Assembly (NCBI GenBank): GCA_963664435.2
Contig: CAXXKM010000003.1
Coordinates: 1,088,001-1,152,000, forward strand
Direction: 5' to 3'
Origin: Longimicrobiales bacterium
Lineage (GTDB): Bacteria; Gemmatimonadota; Gemmatimonadetes; Longimicrobiales; Gaopeijiaceae
DNA length: 64,000 nucleotides
Shown: in pieces, positions 49,211 through 58,952 of the stretch
Layout of the letters: every line of letters begins with the position of its first letter
Position numbering within the stretch: the stretch's first letter is position 1
Program-made: the position numbers and the translations under genes
Notes under the pieces: generated by a model
Told to the model about the DNA's origin: nothing
Seen by the model: the letters and a program-made list of their open reading frames with translations, nothing else
Database searches by the model: none

Positions 49211-52200
49211 CTACCGGAGCTTGATCCGTCCGCGGACGCCCACCGAGTGCTGGGCCGCACCCAGCGCGCTCTCGCGCCGCGTGCCTTCCAGCCGCAGCCC
49301 GACCCCCGCGCCCAGATCGTAGCGCACGCCGCTCGAGAAGGCGCGCGTCCCGCTCTTGCCGAGGTAGAAGCCGCTGTAGGGCGTCCCCTGGAAGCCGGCG
49401 ATGCCGTAGGCCACTTCGCCGTCCACGTTGGGGCCCATGCCCAGGTCCTGGCCGCCCACCGCGTCGGACACCCCGCGCTCCCAGAGCTGGTTGACCCCGC
49501 TCCTGTGGTCGCCGTACGCGGGCGCCACCCGGACCTGCAGCCCCTGGCCCGGGGCCGCCGGGTCGAACATGAGCATGCCGCCGAGGCCCCATTCCTCGTA
49601 GCCTTGGCGCGCCGAGATGACGAACCGGCCGCGGCCCTCCGCGGTCAATCCCAGCCCGGAGTTCGTGTAGCGGAGCCCGCCGCCGACCTCCGCGCTGGTG
49701 CCGTTGATGCCGTCGCCGTTGTCGTAGCGCATCCCGCCCTCGAGCACGAACGCCATCTCCTGCCCCGTGTCGGTGCGGAAGCCTTGCGTCAACTCAAGGG
49801 CAAGCTTGGCGCGCTGCATGTCGAGCGTCACCGTGCCGATCTGCTCGGTGCCCTCGACCTCGAACCGGCCGCTCCAGCCCTCGGCCTTGAGGCTCACGCC
49901 ACCGATGCCGCTCGTGAACAGCTGGTAGCTCGCGCCTCCCGCCCCCGTCATCATGCTGGCGGGGCTGGTGCGGAGCCCTTCCCGCTCGTCGTCGACCTCG
50001 ATGTCGCCCCGGCCGATCCCGGCCGAACCCCACACCGAGGCGCCGCGCGCGCCGGGGAACCAGGCCACGTAAGGATGCGCGCTGGTCATGGTGGTGCCGT
50101 AGGTGCCGGCCACCGGTCGGGCGCCGGTCTTGTCGGTGAAGTCGAAGGAGCCCGAGTTGTACGAGCCCGCGACACCCGCCAGGATGTCCGGCCCCACGCG
50201 CATGTCCACGCCGACGTGGGCGCTCACCATGTTGCCCTTCCAGTCGAGCTCGCTCGCGCCGGGTTCGCCCATGTAGTGGTACTCGCCCGCACCCCAGCTC
50301 GCCATCTGCATGCCGGTCGCGGACTGCTGCGGCGCGTCCGGGGTGCCGAACGGCATCAGGAATGAGGTGCCGCCGAATAGGGCGGCCAAGCCGGCGCCGT
50401 CATTCTGGCCGAGGCCGAGGCCGCCCGGACCCGGCGCGGACAGGCTCGCGGCCATCGACGACAGTCCGTTCGTCTCCACGCTCTGCTCCATGCCCATCCC
50501 GTTGGCCACCGCGTTGACGCGGTTTGCGATCGCCGAGACGGTGCTCGAGGTCATCGCCGCGGCCACCTGCGGCAGGACGCGGGTGTTGAGCCGGCCCGCC
50601 CGCTGCACGGGGTCGTCGGTCGCCGCCGTTGCGCTCGCAGACGCCGCGCCGGTGCCCGCCCGGTTGATCGCCGACACCCGGTAGTGGCGCACGCTGCCCG
50701 GCTGCAGGGCGGTATGCGAAAAGGTGGCAACCGTGGACTCGGTGTTGGTGACCAGGTCCGCCCAGGCGGCGCCCGTCTCCGACACCTCGATGCGGTACCC
50801 GGTGATGGGCGCACCGCCATTGTAGTCGGGCGCGAGCCAGAACAGGTCGATCTGGGTGGGCGAGACATCGGTGGCGACCAGCCCGGTGGGCGCGTCGGGC
50901 ACCGTCGCGTCCGTGGTGGAGCCCGCGACCCGCGACGCGTTGCCCACGCCGATCCGGTTGATCGCCGAGACGCGGTAATGGCGCGTCGAGGCCGGCGCCA
51001 GCCCGCTGTGCGTGTAGACGGTGGCCGTGCTGCGCGTGGCGGCCACCAAGTCCTCCCAGCTCCCGCCCCCGTCGGCCGTGACCTCGATGCGGTAGCCGGT
51101 GATGCGGGCGCCCCCGTCGTCCGCGGGTGCCTGCCAGGAGAGGACGATCTGCGAGGTGCCGGCCGCATCGGCGTTGAGACGTCGCGGCACGCTCGGAACA
51201 GTCGCCTCGGTGGTCGCCCGCGCCACGTTCGAGAACGGCCCCACCCCCGCGAGGTTGATGGCGGCGACCCGGTAGTGGCGGGTGGTTGCGGGCCTCAGGT
51301 TCACGTCCGAGAACGCCGTCGTCGCCGAGTTCGTGTTGCGGCGGATGATGTTCCAGGTCGCGCCCTCGTCGTCGGAGGCCTCGACGCGGTAGCCGAAGAT
51401 CGAGACGCCGCCGGTGTAGCGCGGCGCGTTCCACGACAGGTCGATGCGCGAGGTGCCGACTGCCCGGGCCGTCAGCCCAGTCGGGGCCGCGGCGAAGTCC
51501 GCGTGCGTGAGGGCCGCCCCCGTGAGCGACCACTGCCCGGCGCCCACGCGGTTGATGGCCGCGACCTGGTACTGGTACCGGGTCACTGGGTCAAGCCCGG
51601 TGTGCGTAAAGGTCGTTGTCGTCTCCTCCGTGTTGGGACGGATGATGATCCAGGAGCGATCGTTGGGCCCGAGCATCCGGATGCTGTAGCCGGTGATGCG
51701 CGCCCCTCCGTCGCTCTCCGGCCGGTCCCAGACGAGGAGGACGCTGTTCGGTCCCGTTCCGCGGGCGCGTACGTTCTGCGGCTGCCCGGGAGGCGCCGCA
51801 TCGGTGGTGCCTTGGGCCACGTTGGAGGCGCGTCCCGTACCCACGCCGTTGATCGCGGACACGCGATAGAACCAGGTGGCGGCGGGGCCGAGATTGCTGT
51901 CGGTGTAGATGGTGGCCGTGCTGCCCGTGCCGGGCACATGGATGATCCAGCCGCCGCCGCCGGTGGCGGACCTCTCGATGCGGTAGCCGGTGATCGGGCT
52001 GCCGCCGTCGTCGGGCGGGGCGGACCAGGTGAGGAGGAGTTCGTCGGTTCTCCTCGCGCCCGGAACCACGCTCAGTGCTATGGGCGGGCTCGGAGGGGTG
52101 GCGTCGGTGGTCGCCTGGGCGGTGTTGGACCACGGGCCCAGACCCGCCCGGTTGATCGCTGCTACGCGGTAGTGGCGCGTGGTGGCGGGGCTGAGCTCGT

Positions 52201-53509
52201 CGTCGGTGTAGGTGGTGGCCGTGGACTCGGTGTCGGCCTCGAGCCGCGTCCAGGGGCTGCGTCCGGCCCGCGACCATTCGATGCGGTAGCCGGTGACCGG
52301 CGTCGAGCCGCTGGAGGAGGGGGCGCGCCACCTCAGTTCGATGGCGGACATCCCCCGGGCCTGCGCCGTCAACGACCGAGCCGCGTCCGGCAGGACATCC
52401 TCGGTGGTGGCGTCGGCGACGTTCGAGGGGTCACCCGCCCCGTTGAAGTTGATGGCCGACACCCTGTAGTGCCGCGTGACGCCCCCGGTGAGATCCTTGT
52501 CGTCGCGGTAGCTGGTGTCGGTGTTCCGGGTATTGCGCTCCAGAGTCGACCACGGGTCGCGGCCGTCTTCCGACCACTCGATGAGGTACCCGGTGATCTC
52601 GCGACCGCCATTCGAACTCGGCGCCTCCCACTCCAGTATGATCGCGTCGGGGCCGTCGGCCTCCGCCGTGAGCTTGCGCGGCTCTCCGGGCACCCCGGTG
52701 CGCGCCTCCCCGGTGACGTTTCGCACCGCCCTGTCGAAGCCGAACGCGCGATTGCCGGCCAGATCCCGAAGCGCGTCGGCGCCGCGGTCGTCGTAGAACA
52801 CCCGAACCGCGTCGAGCGTATCGACGGGGCTTGCCAGAAGCAGGAACACATCGCGGGTGGCCACTTCGACCCGGGACACGGTCTTGACGTCGTGTGACAC
52901 GGTGCTATTTCCGAAGGCGACTTGGAAATAGCTGGTCGATGGGACGAAATCCTCATCGAGGTCTTCGTCGAAGGCGATGACGACTTCGTCGCCGTTGACC
53001 TTCGCGTCGCTGACTACAGGGCCCCTGGTGTCCACGTTGATGTTGACCACTCTCGACGGGGTATTCCCCTCCTGCGAGCTGTTCTGCACCACGTTCCCAG
53101 GGATATGGAAGAACACCAGGCCGTCATATTGTTCCGGCATCCTCATCGTGACGACAAACCTCCTGCCTTCGTCACTGTCCAGCGGATCGGCCACTGCACA
53201 CGCCGCGGTCGGGTGCGTGCACGTGATGTTGATGTCGTCGACCGTGAAGCCGGTCACGCTCTGCGAGAAACGGATGACGACGCTGGCAGAGTTCTGTGTG
53301 GACCCGATCCAACTCCATGAAATCGAGGTCGTGGGGGGGACGGCCACGTCGCTCGCCACTGGGGATTCCACAACCGACGGGACGCCCGCACGCGAACCGC
53401 CCACATATGGCTCCTCAGCCTGTACGCCCGCAGATGGAACCAGGAGCGCGCAGACCACTGCGGCCGCCAAGAGGGAACGGACGGGTACGCCAGGCTGATT
53501 CGGAATCAT
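49211..53509 (-). CDS. Large surface protein: Ig-like and SwmB-like regions, 7 fibronectin-III repeats, autotransporter-like beta-barrel
   Basis: Signal peptide; 7 repeats of W.AP..GG..ITGY.IE...YRV.AIN..G.G; C-terminal beta-barrel-like region. Confidence 0.85.
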   Translation of the reverse strand: MIPNQPGVPVRSLLAAAVVCALLVPSAGVQAEEPYVGGSRAGVPSVVESPVASDVAVPPTTSISWSWIGSTQNSASVVIRFSQSVTGFTVDDINITCTHPTAACAVADPLDSDEGRRFVVTMRMPEQYDGLVFFHIPGNVVQNSSQEGNTPSRVVNINVDTRGPVVSDAKVNGDEVVIAFDEDLDEDFVPSTSYFQVAFGNSTVSHDVKTVSRVEVATRDVFLLLASPVDTLDAVRVFYDDRGADALRDLAGNRAFGFDRAVRNVTGEARTGVPGEPRKLTAEADGPDAIILEWEAPSSNGGREITGYLIEWSEDGRDPWSTLERNTRNTDTSYRDDKDLTGGVTRHYRVSAINFNGAGDPSNVADATTEDVLPDAARSLTAQARGMSAIELRWRAPSSSGSTPVTGYRIEWSRAGRSPWTRLEADTESTATTYTDDELSPATTRHYRVAAINRAGLGPWSNTAQATTDATPPSPPIALSVVPGARRTDELLLTWSAPPDDGGSPITGYRIERSATGGGGWIIHVPGTGSTATIYTDSNLGPAATWFYRVSAINGVGTGRASNVAQGTTDAAPPGQPQNVRARGTGPNSVLLVWDRPESDGGARITGYSIRMLGPNDRSWIIIRPNTEETTTTFTHTGLDPVTRYQYQVAAINRVGAGQWSLTGAALTHADFAAAPTGLTARAVGTSRIDLSWNAPRYTGGVSIFGYRVEASDDEGATWNIIRRNTNSATTAFSDVNLRPATTRHYRVAAINLAGVGPFSNVARATTEATVPSVPRRLNADAAGTSQIVLSWQAPADDGGARITGYRIEVTADGGGSWEDLVAATRSTATVYTHSGLAPASTRHYRVSAINRIGVGNASRVAGSTTDATVPDAPTGLVATDVSPTQIDLFWLAPDYNGGAPITGYRIEVSETGAAWADLVTNTESTVATFSHTALQPGSVRHYRVSAINRAGTGAASASATAATDDPVQRAGRLNTRVLPQVAAAMTSSTVSAIANRVNAVANGMGMEQSVETNGLSSMAASLSAPGPGGLGLGQNDGAGLAALFGGTSFLMPFGTPDAPQQSATGMQMASWGAGEYHYMGEPGASELDWKGNMVSAHVGVDMRVGPDILAGVAGSYNSGSFDFTDKTGARPVAGTYGTTMTSAHPYVAWFPGARGASVWGSAGIGRGDIEVDDEREGLRTSPASMMTGAGGASYQLFTSGIGGVSLKAEGWSGRFEVEGTEQIGTVTLDMQRAKLALELTQGFRTDTGQEMAFVLEGGMRYDNGDGINGTSAEVGGGLRYTNSGLGLTAEGRGRFVISARQGYEEWGLGGMLMFDPAAPGQGLQVRVAPAYGDHRSGVNQLWERGVSDAVGGQDLGMGPNVDGEVAYGIAGFQGTPYSGFYLGKSGTRAFSSGVRYDLGAGVGLRLEGTRRESALGAAQHSVGVRGRIKLR

Positions 53510-53574
53510 CGTGCCTTCTCCGCGTCAGGTGAAATGCGCGGTGGAATAGTCATTTGCTTACCGGTCGTCTGGTG

Positions 53575-53617
53575 AGCGTCACCCCCCGTTCGGGAGTCCC
53601 GAACGGGGGGTGACGCT
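53575..53617. terminator. Perfect ~20-bp-stem hairpin between the two surface-protein genes
   Basis: AGCGTCACCCCCCGTTCGGG / CCCGAACGGGGGGTGACGCT. Confidence 0.65.
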
Positions 53618-53632
53618 GTCCCGCGGCCTGCG

Positions 53633-53673
53633 ACCATCAGCCTGGCTGACGGTTAGTCAGCCAGGCTGATGGT
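53633..53673. terminator. Perfect 18-bp-stem hairpin just after the lipoprotein stop
   Basis: ACCATCAGCCTGGCTGAC-GGTTA-GTCAGCCAGGCTGATGGT. Confidence 0.65.
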
Positions 53674-53683
53674 GTTGAAGGGG

Positions 53684-56600
53684 TTATGGGACATCTACTG
53701 GCGTACCCTCGGTGAAGTCGCCAGCACTGCCCTGTCTCGAGTCGACGCGAACTCTGAACGGCTTGTTGAGTTCGACGTCCGTGATCGCAATCGCCGTTCC
53801 ACCCACCGTGTTCCAGCTCGCGGTGAAGTCATGAATCCACTCCAAGCTCCAACTCCTGGTGGTGCTTGCGATGGTGGCGGGCTCTCCACCTGAGGCGACG
53901 AGCCACAAAGTCGAACCAGTGTTTTCGGAGGCGACCTCAACCATGATCCGGAACTCGGAACTGGTGTTGCTATCGGCGTCCCAAGTGACGGTGAGGGTGT
54001 CGGCAACGGTGGTATCGGCAGTCGCCGCACGACTCGCAGTGACACCGCTGGTCGACGGATCGACCGCGCCGACCGTGACCGGATCGGATTCGATCGTGAA
54101 GGTAAGGTCCGAATCGGTGGGGTGTGCGACCGACGTCACCACTCGAACCATGAAGGTGGTATCGCCCGGCGACGTGAACGTGTAGCTGCCCGGGACATTG
54201 ACCGTAGTGCCGAGGCTGTCGCGCGTCACCAAGGTTGCGCTCGCATCCGTGAAGGTGCCGGTGTAGTTGTGCTGCACCTCGTGCGTGGCGGGGCTGGTGA
54301 ACCCTTCGGGCACGTCCGTGGCGCTGTCGACGAACTTCACGCTGATGTTGCCATCGTAGCGTTCGGATTCGTCGATGTCCTCGGTGGACTCGTCGTCCTC
54401 CGTGCGGGCACGCGATGCGCTGAGGTTCCTAGCCCCAGGCGACAGCGCCTCGATCGCGCCGAAGTTCAAGCTCTGACCCGGTGCGACGCTCACCCTCTGG
54501 TTGTCGTTCGGATACTTGAAGCTGTGGTTCGCCAACGACGCTTCGATGTCATAGGCGCCGAACGGTACGCTGAGCACGAAGGTGCCTCTCGCGTTGCTGG
54601 TGCTCAAGACGTCGTCCCCGGCTGCGCCTGCGACCACGTTCGTGGCCGTGACCGTAACGCCACCCATGGCGTTGCCGTCCGGACCTCTCACCCGGCCCGA
54701 AATCGTCGCATGCTGGAAGCCGGTGAAGTTGATGCCCGAGACCGCCGATCCGGCGTGGGCCGGAACAGACAGCGTCGCAGGCGCGAAGCTCATGCCGTCC
54801 TTCGACACGGTCACATCGGCGCTCTCGCCGAGGTCCTTGGCCGCGAATTCTGCCGTGTAGGTGCCGTCGGCGCCCGTCACGAGCTTGCCCCTGTTCGCAC
54901 CGGTCTTGGCCGCGTTGGTCGGGGCATTGCCGTCAACCTTGATCTCCGCACCGGCGATCGGCGCGCCGCTGCCGGACGCGGTGACCGTACCGCTGATCGA
55001 GGCGATCGTGCCTACGCCCGAAAGATCGACGTCCTGCCGGATCCGGCTGTTTGCGGCAAAGGCCTGGATGTTCCGCGTCTCCCCGCTTCCTCCATGGGCG
55101 GTCTCGACGAAGACGCTGTTCGTGTGCGTCACGGTGCCGATTTTGCGGCTCGCCACGTTCGGCACGTACTCCGCGATGTAGCGGCCGTGTACGTCGGACA
55201 TCGCTACAACACCGTTCACGTTCACGTTCACGCTGTCCACGGGGAAATCCTCCGCGTCCTTCACGTAGCCGTAGACGGTGGTCGTCGCCGGCGTGACGTC
55301 GAGTGAGACGTCACCCGCGAGCGGGTTGAAGGCGTTGCCGACCATGGCCGTGGCGCCCTTCGGACCCAGCCTCGCCCGCCAGCCGTCCGTCACGCTGGCC
55401 TTGTAGACGCCGGCCGCGATGTTGTTGAAGGCGAACTGGTGGGTCTCGTCGAGCACTTCATTGCCCTTGGCGGTCTCACCCGGCCCCCGGACCGGCTTCT
55501 CCGTAGTGGTGGCGGACTCCTCGTCACCCGCGAGATTCTTGCCCTCGACCGGGCTCAGGCTGACGGAAATGCCGGCTACGAACGTGGGGGGGGCACCCTC
55601 GGGATCATATACGTCGACTCCGTCGGTCTTGCCGAACGAGAATCTGTCATCGTTGGCAGTCTCGGTGCTCTTGACGACCACGTTCTTCCAGATCAGCCCG
55701 CTCACCGAGTGCGTGCTGACGTAGGCGAACGACGAGCAAGCGTCGTGGTCCTGCGGGTTCTCGTCCTGCAGCGGGCAGAGCGAAACCGTGTGGCTGTAGC
55801 CGCCCTGCGCACCGAAGTGGCCGCCGGTGATGCCGTTGGCATCCGTGCCGGTGTAGGCGGCGAGCTCATCGGCATGCCCGCCCTCATCGAGGATCATGAT
55901 GCTGAGGTCGGTGTTGTCGGCCTTCGACGCGTTGGCGATCACGTTCATGTCGGCCGGCACGTTGCTGAAGACCCACGCACCGCCGTCACCATTGTCTTTC
56001 GGTTCGCTGATGCTGTCCGCAGCCGTGAACGCGCGCGAGCGTCCGGAGTCGTCGATGTAGCGGAGGTCGACATCGACCTTGCGGTCGGCGCCCTTACCGT
56101 CCCTCTCGTCACCGCCGAGGATGTTGCCGGTGTAGCCTTCGACTTGATCAAGCTCGTGGTGCACGTAGACCTTGAGGGTCTGGGTCGTGAACGCCACCTC
56201 GATCATGTCGGCGTTCTGGGTGCCCGCCAGCATGAGGCCGGTGTGGGTGTACTCGACCGAGCCACCGTCGTAGCTCTCGCCGCCGTCCAGCGTGTTGGCC
56301 TGGTCGTCGTCGACGGCGATGGTGAAGGTCGCCGGCAGGTCGTCGGCTCCCACGGTGGTCGTGAACGCGGCGACGCCGGCTGTGTCCAGCTTCTCCGGCG
56401 CGCCTGCGACCGAGTCTTCGCCTGCCATGACGCTGATGGCCCAGTTGGCGAGCGTGTCGCCGCCACCGTACTCGGTGGTGACGGTGGCACCGCTGATGGC
56501 CACGTCGACGTTCAGGTTGACGATGTCGTTCTCGTTGGCGCCCGCGGCCATGTTGTACTGCGGGTTCCACGACACGACCGTCATGCCGTCGGCCACATGG

Positions 56601-58330
56601 TAGCCGTCGGCGGAGACGCTCGCGTGGACCATGTTGCCGCTGGTGCCGGCGCGCGCGACCCGGATCATCACCGAGCCTTCTTCGCCGGTCATGCCGCTGC
56701 CGATCTTGGTCTCACCGGCCGCGTCCGAGAAGAAATCGACGATCGCGCCGGGAAGCGCGGCACCCATCTCTTCACCGCTCCTCAGCGAGGCTGTGAAGTT
56801 GACCCTGGTGTGCGTGATGTCGAACGGAACCGACTGCGTCACAGCCTCGCCGACACCGAGGGCGACCGCGTAGCCCTCGCCGGGTCCGCCGTAAGCCAAG
56901 TCGTTGGCCGCGAGAGCCGCGGCGACCGTGGCGTTGATGGTCACGACCAACTGGTACGGGCCGGCGCGGAGGCCTGTGAAGGAGAACGCGCCGGTCGAGT
57001 CGGTGAGGCTCACCCGCTGCTCGTTGACGCCCGGGCCCACCAGCACCACCGGAAGACCGGCGTGCGCCAGCGGATGCTCGCCCTCGTCGAACATGTCGTT
57101 CTTGGTCGCCTCGTCAACGTACGCCATGCCGGACACGCTCGCGGTGCGCGCGTGCGCGCCCTCGAAGTTAATGATCGCCGACTCGTCGTCGCCGACCGTC
57201 ACGTCCGTGCTCATCGACTCGAAGACGTAGGCGTCGCTGTCGACCGCGATCGAGACCGTGTAGTCGCCGGCCGCCAAGCCCGCGAAGGAGTACTGGCCGC
57301 CCGCGTCGGTCATCGCGGTGCGGTCGTCCGCGCCCGCCAGCGTGACCGTGATCTCGCCGAGGCCCATGCCCTCGACGCTCACCCGGCCGCTGATGCCGGA
57401 GGTGCGGAGCAGGACGCCGGTGAACGACACGGTGCTGGTCTCATCGAGATCCACGTTCACGTCTTGGGACGTGGACGCGAACTCGTAGTCGCGCGCGTCG
57501 AAGTCAGAGATCGAGACCGTGTAGGCGCCGGGACGCAATTCCTCGAACCGGTACATGCCGTCGGCGTCGGTCATGATGGTGTAGCTCTCGTCGGCGGGAC
57601 CGCCGCTCAGGGTAACCGTCACCCCAGCAAGGCCCTCGCCTTCGATGATCACCTGGCCCTCGACCGCGGAGGTGCGGATGAAGTGGCCCGTGAAGTCGGC
57701 CTGGCCGACATCGCCGACCTCGACCGCTACCTCGACCATCACCGTCTCGAAGGAGACGTCCTCCGGATAGTCGCTGATCGTGACCGTGTAGGTGCCGGCC
57801 CGGAGCCCGGTGAACGCGAAGCCGCCGGTCTCGTCGGTCTCCATGGTCTCGCCCATGGCGTGCTCACCGCCCAGCGTGACCGTAACGCCTGCCAGCGTTT
57901 CGGGCTGGCCGTCGCCGCCGCTCATCATGGCGTCGGCCGCAACCACGTTGCCGACCACTGCGGACGAGCGGATATACTCGCCGGCGAAGTTGAGTTGGAC
58001 GTTCTGACCATCGGTCGCGATGGTCGCGGACTGCGTCACTTCGGCGAACGTCGCGTCCTCGGGGAAGCCGCTGATGGTGACCGTGTAGGTTCCCTCTTCC
58101 ACGCCCGAGAAGGCGAAGTTGCCGCCCGACCCGGTGGTCGTGGTCGCACCGGACGACAGGGTGGCGGTGACGCCGCTGGCGGCCGTGCCCTCGATCGTCA
58201 CCGCCCCGGAGATCGTCCCCACGGCAGCAGGCTCCGGCGGGGGCTCCACTATCGGTGGAGTGCCCTCGTCGCAGGCGGTAATGGTAACGGCCAGCAGCAG
58301 CGCCAGCCCGTGCTTGGTAAAACGGTTCAT
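53684..58330 (-). CDS. 1548-aa acidic surface lipoprotein with carboxypeptidase-regulatory/SdrD-B-like repeats
   Basis: Lipobox ITAC; repeats of G(I/V)TVTL.G....T...G.(F/Y).F.GL.AG.Y.V.IS; GGAGGG RBS. Confidence 0.85.
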   Translation of the reverse strand: MNRFTKHGLALLLAVTITACDEGTPPIVEPPPEPAAVGTISGAVTIEGTAASGVTATLSSGATTTTGSGGNFAFSGVEEGTYTVTISGFPEDATFAEVTQSATIATDGQNVQLNFAGEYIRSSAVVGNVVAADAMMSGGDGQPETLAGVTVTLGGEHAMGETMETDETGGFAFTGLRAGTYTVTISDYPEDVSFETVMVEVAVEVGDVGQADFTGHFIRTSAVEGQVIIEGEGLAGVTVTLSGGPADESYTIMTDADGMYRFEELRPGAYTVSISDFDARDYEFASTSQDVNVDLDETSTVSFTGVLLRTSGISGRVSVEGMGLGEITVTLAGADDRTAMTDAGGQYSFAGLAAGDYTVSIAVDSDAYVFESMSTDVTVGDDESAIINFEGAHARTASVSGMAYVDEATKNDMFDEGEHPLAHAGLPVVLVGPGVNEQRVSLTDSTGAFSFTGLRAGPYQLVVTINATVAAALAANDLAYGGPGEGYAVALGVGEAVTQSVPFDITHTRVNFTASLRSGEEMGAALPGAIVDFFSDAAGETKIGSGMTGEEGSVMIRVARAGTSGNMVHASVSADGYHVADGMTVVSWNPQYNMAAGANENDIVNLNVDVAISGATVTTEYGGGDTLANWAISVMAGEDSVAGAPEKLDTAGVAAFTTTVGADDLPATFTIAVDDDQANTLDGGESYDGGSVEYTHTGLMLAGTQNADMIEVAFTTQTLKVYVHHELDQVEGYTGNILGGDERDGKGADRKVDVDLRYIDDSGRSRAFTAADSISEPKDNGDGGAWVFSNVPADMNVIANASKADNTDLSIMILDEGGHADELAAYTGTDANGITGGHFGAQGGYSHTVSLCPLQDENPQDHDACSSFAYVSTHSVSGLIWKNVVVKSTETANDDRFSFGKTDGVDVYDPEGAPPTFVAGISVSLSPVEGKNLAGDEESATTTEKPVRGPGETAKGNEVLDETHQFAFNNIAAGVYKASVTDGWRARLGPKGATAMVGNAFNPLAGDVSLDVTPATTTVYGYVKDAEDFPVDSVNVNVNGVVAMSDVHGRYIAEYVPNVASRKIGTVTHTNSVFVETAHGGSGETRNIQAFAANSRIRQDVDLSGVGTIASISGTVTASGSGAPIAGAEIKVDGNAPTNAAKTGANRGKLVTGADGTYTAEFAAKDLGESADVTVSKDGMSFAPATLSVPAHAGSAVSGINFTGFQHATISGRVRGPDGNAMGGVTVTATNVVAGAAGDDVLSTSNARGTFVLSVPFGAYDIEASLANHSFKYPNDNQRVSVAPGQSLNFGAIEALSPGARNLSASRARTEDDESTEDIDESERYDGNISVKFVDSATDVPEGFTSPATHEVQHNYTGTFTDASATLVTRDSLGTTVNVPGSYTFTSPGDTTFMVRVVTSVAHPTDSDLTFTIESDPVTVGAVDPSTSGVTASRAATADTTVADTLTVTWDADSNTSSEFRIMVEVASENTGSTLWLVASGGEPATIASTTRSWSLEWIHDFTASWNTVGGTAIAITDVELNKPFRVRVDSRQGSAGDFTEGTPVDVP

Positions 58331-58549
58331 CTTTCCCTCCTGGGAGTGGGTTGCGGTCAGCGAGGAAACATGGAGCCTCGCGGCTCACGCTTACGGAGCA
58401 ACAACGGTGCCACCCGAGGAAGCCCGGTTTTACAGTGGGTTTCGGCCCGTACGCTCCGGCCTGGGACCGCCGCTCCCGGTTTTCTGACGGTCAAGACGTC
58501 AGAATTCTGGTGGCGCCCCGGGGCCGGGCCCCGCGTAGCGGTTAAAGCG

Positions 58550-58738
58550 ATTCCGGCAGTCGCTGGGTCGGTCCCGGGGGGTGCCCGGCTCTGTATCGCG
58601 ATTCACGGTTCAGCGACCGCCACGGTAGCCGAAGCCCCATGGTAACCCGGTCTCCGCGTGCGTTCGGGACGCCAAGGTCCCCGGTTCCGGCGTGCCTCGC
58701 CGTACCGTAACAGGGTTGCGCGCCGCGTTTGACGCCGC
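58550..58738 (-). ncRNA. omegaRNA-like scaffold copy A (putative guide follows at <=58549)
   Basis: 189-bp direct repeat of 58765-58952; homologous to the tnpB 3' end at 48072-48232. Confidence 0.7.
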
Positions 58739-58764
58739 CAAGCCGCACTATAGCGGCACACCAA

Positions 58765-58952
58765 ATTCCGGCAGTCGCTGGGGCGGTCCCGCGGGCCGCC
58801 CGACTCTGCATCGCGATTCACGGTTCAGCGACCGCCACGGCAGCCGAGGCCCCACGGTAACCCGGTCTCCGCGTGCGTTCGGGACGCCAAGGTCCCCGGT
58901 TCCGGCGTGCCTCGCCGTACCGTAACAGGTTGTGTGCCGCGTTTGACGCCGC
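58765..58952 (-). ncRNA. omegaRNA-like scaffold copy B (putative guide 58739-58764)
   Basis: 188-bp direct repeat; its 5' end translates as NAAHNLLRYGE, resembling the TnpB RuvC-III/C-terminal motif. Confidence 0.7.

Noticed and set aside
58550..58952. Classical CRISPR array
   Set aside because: Repeats are ~189 bp and derive from a tnpB 3' end; reported as omegaRNA-like copies instead.
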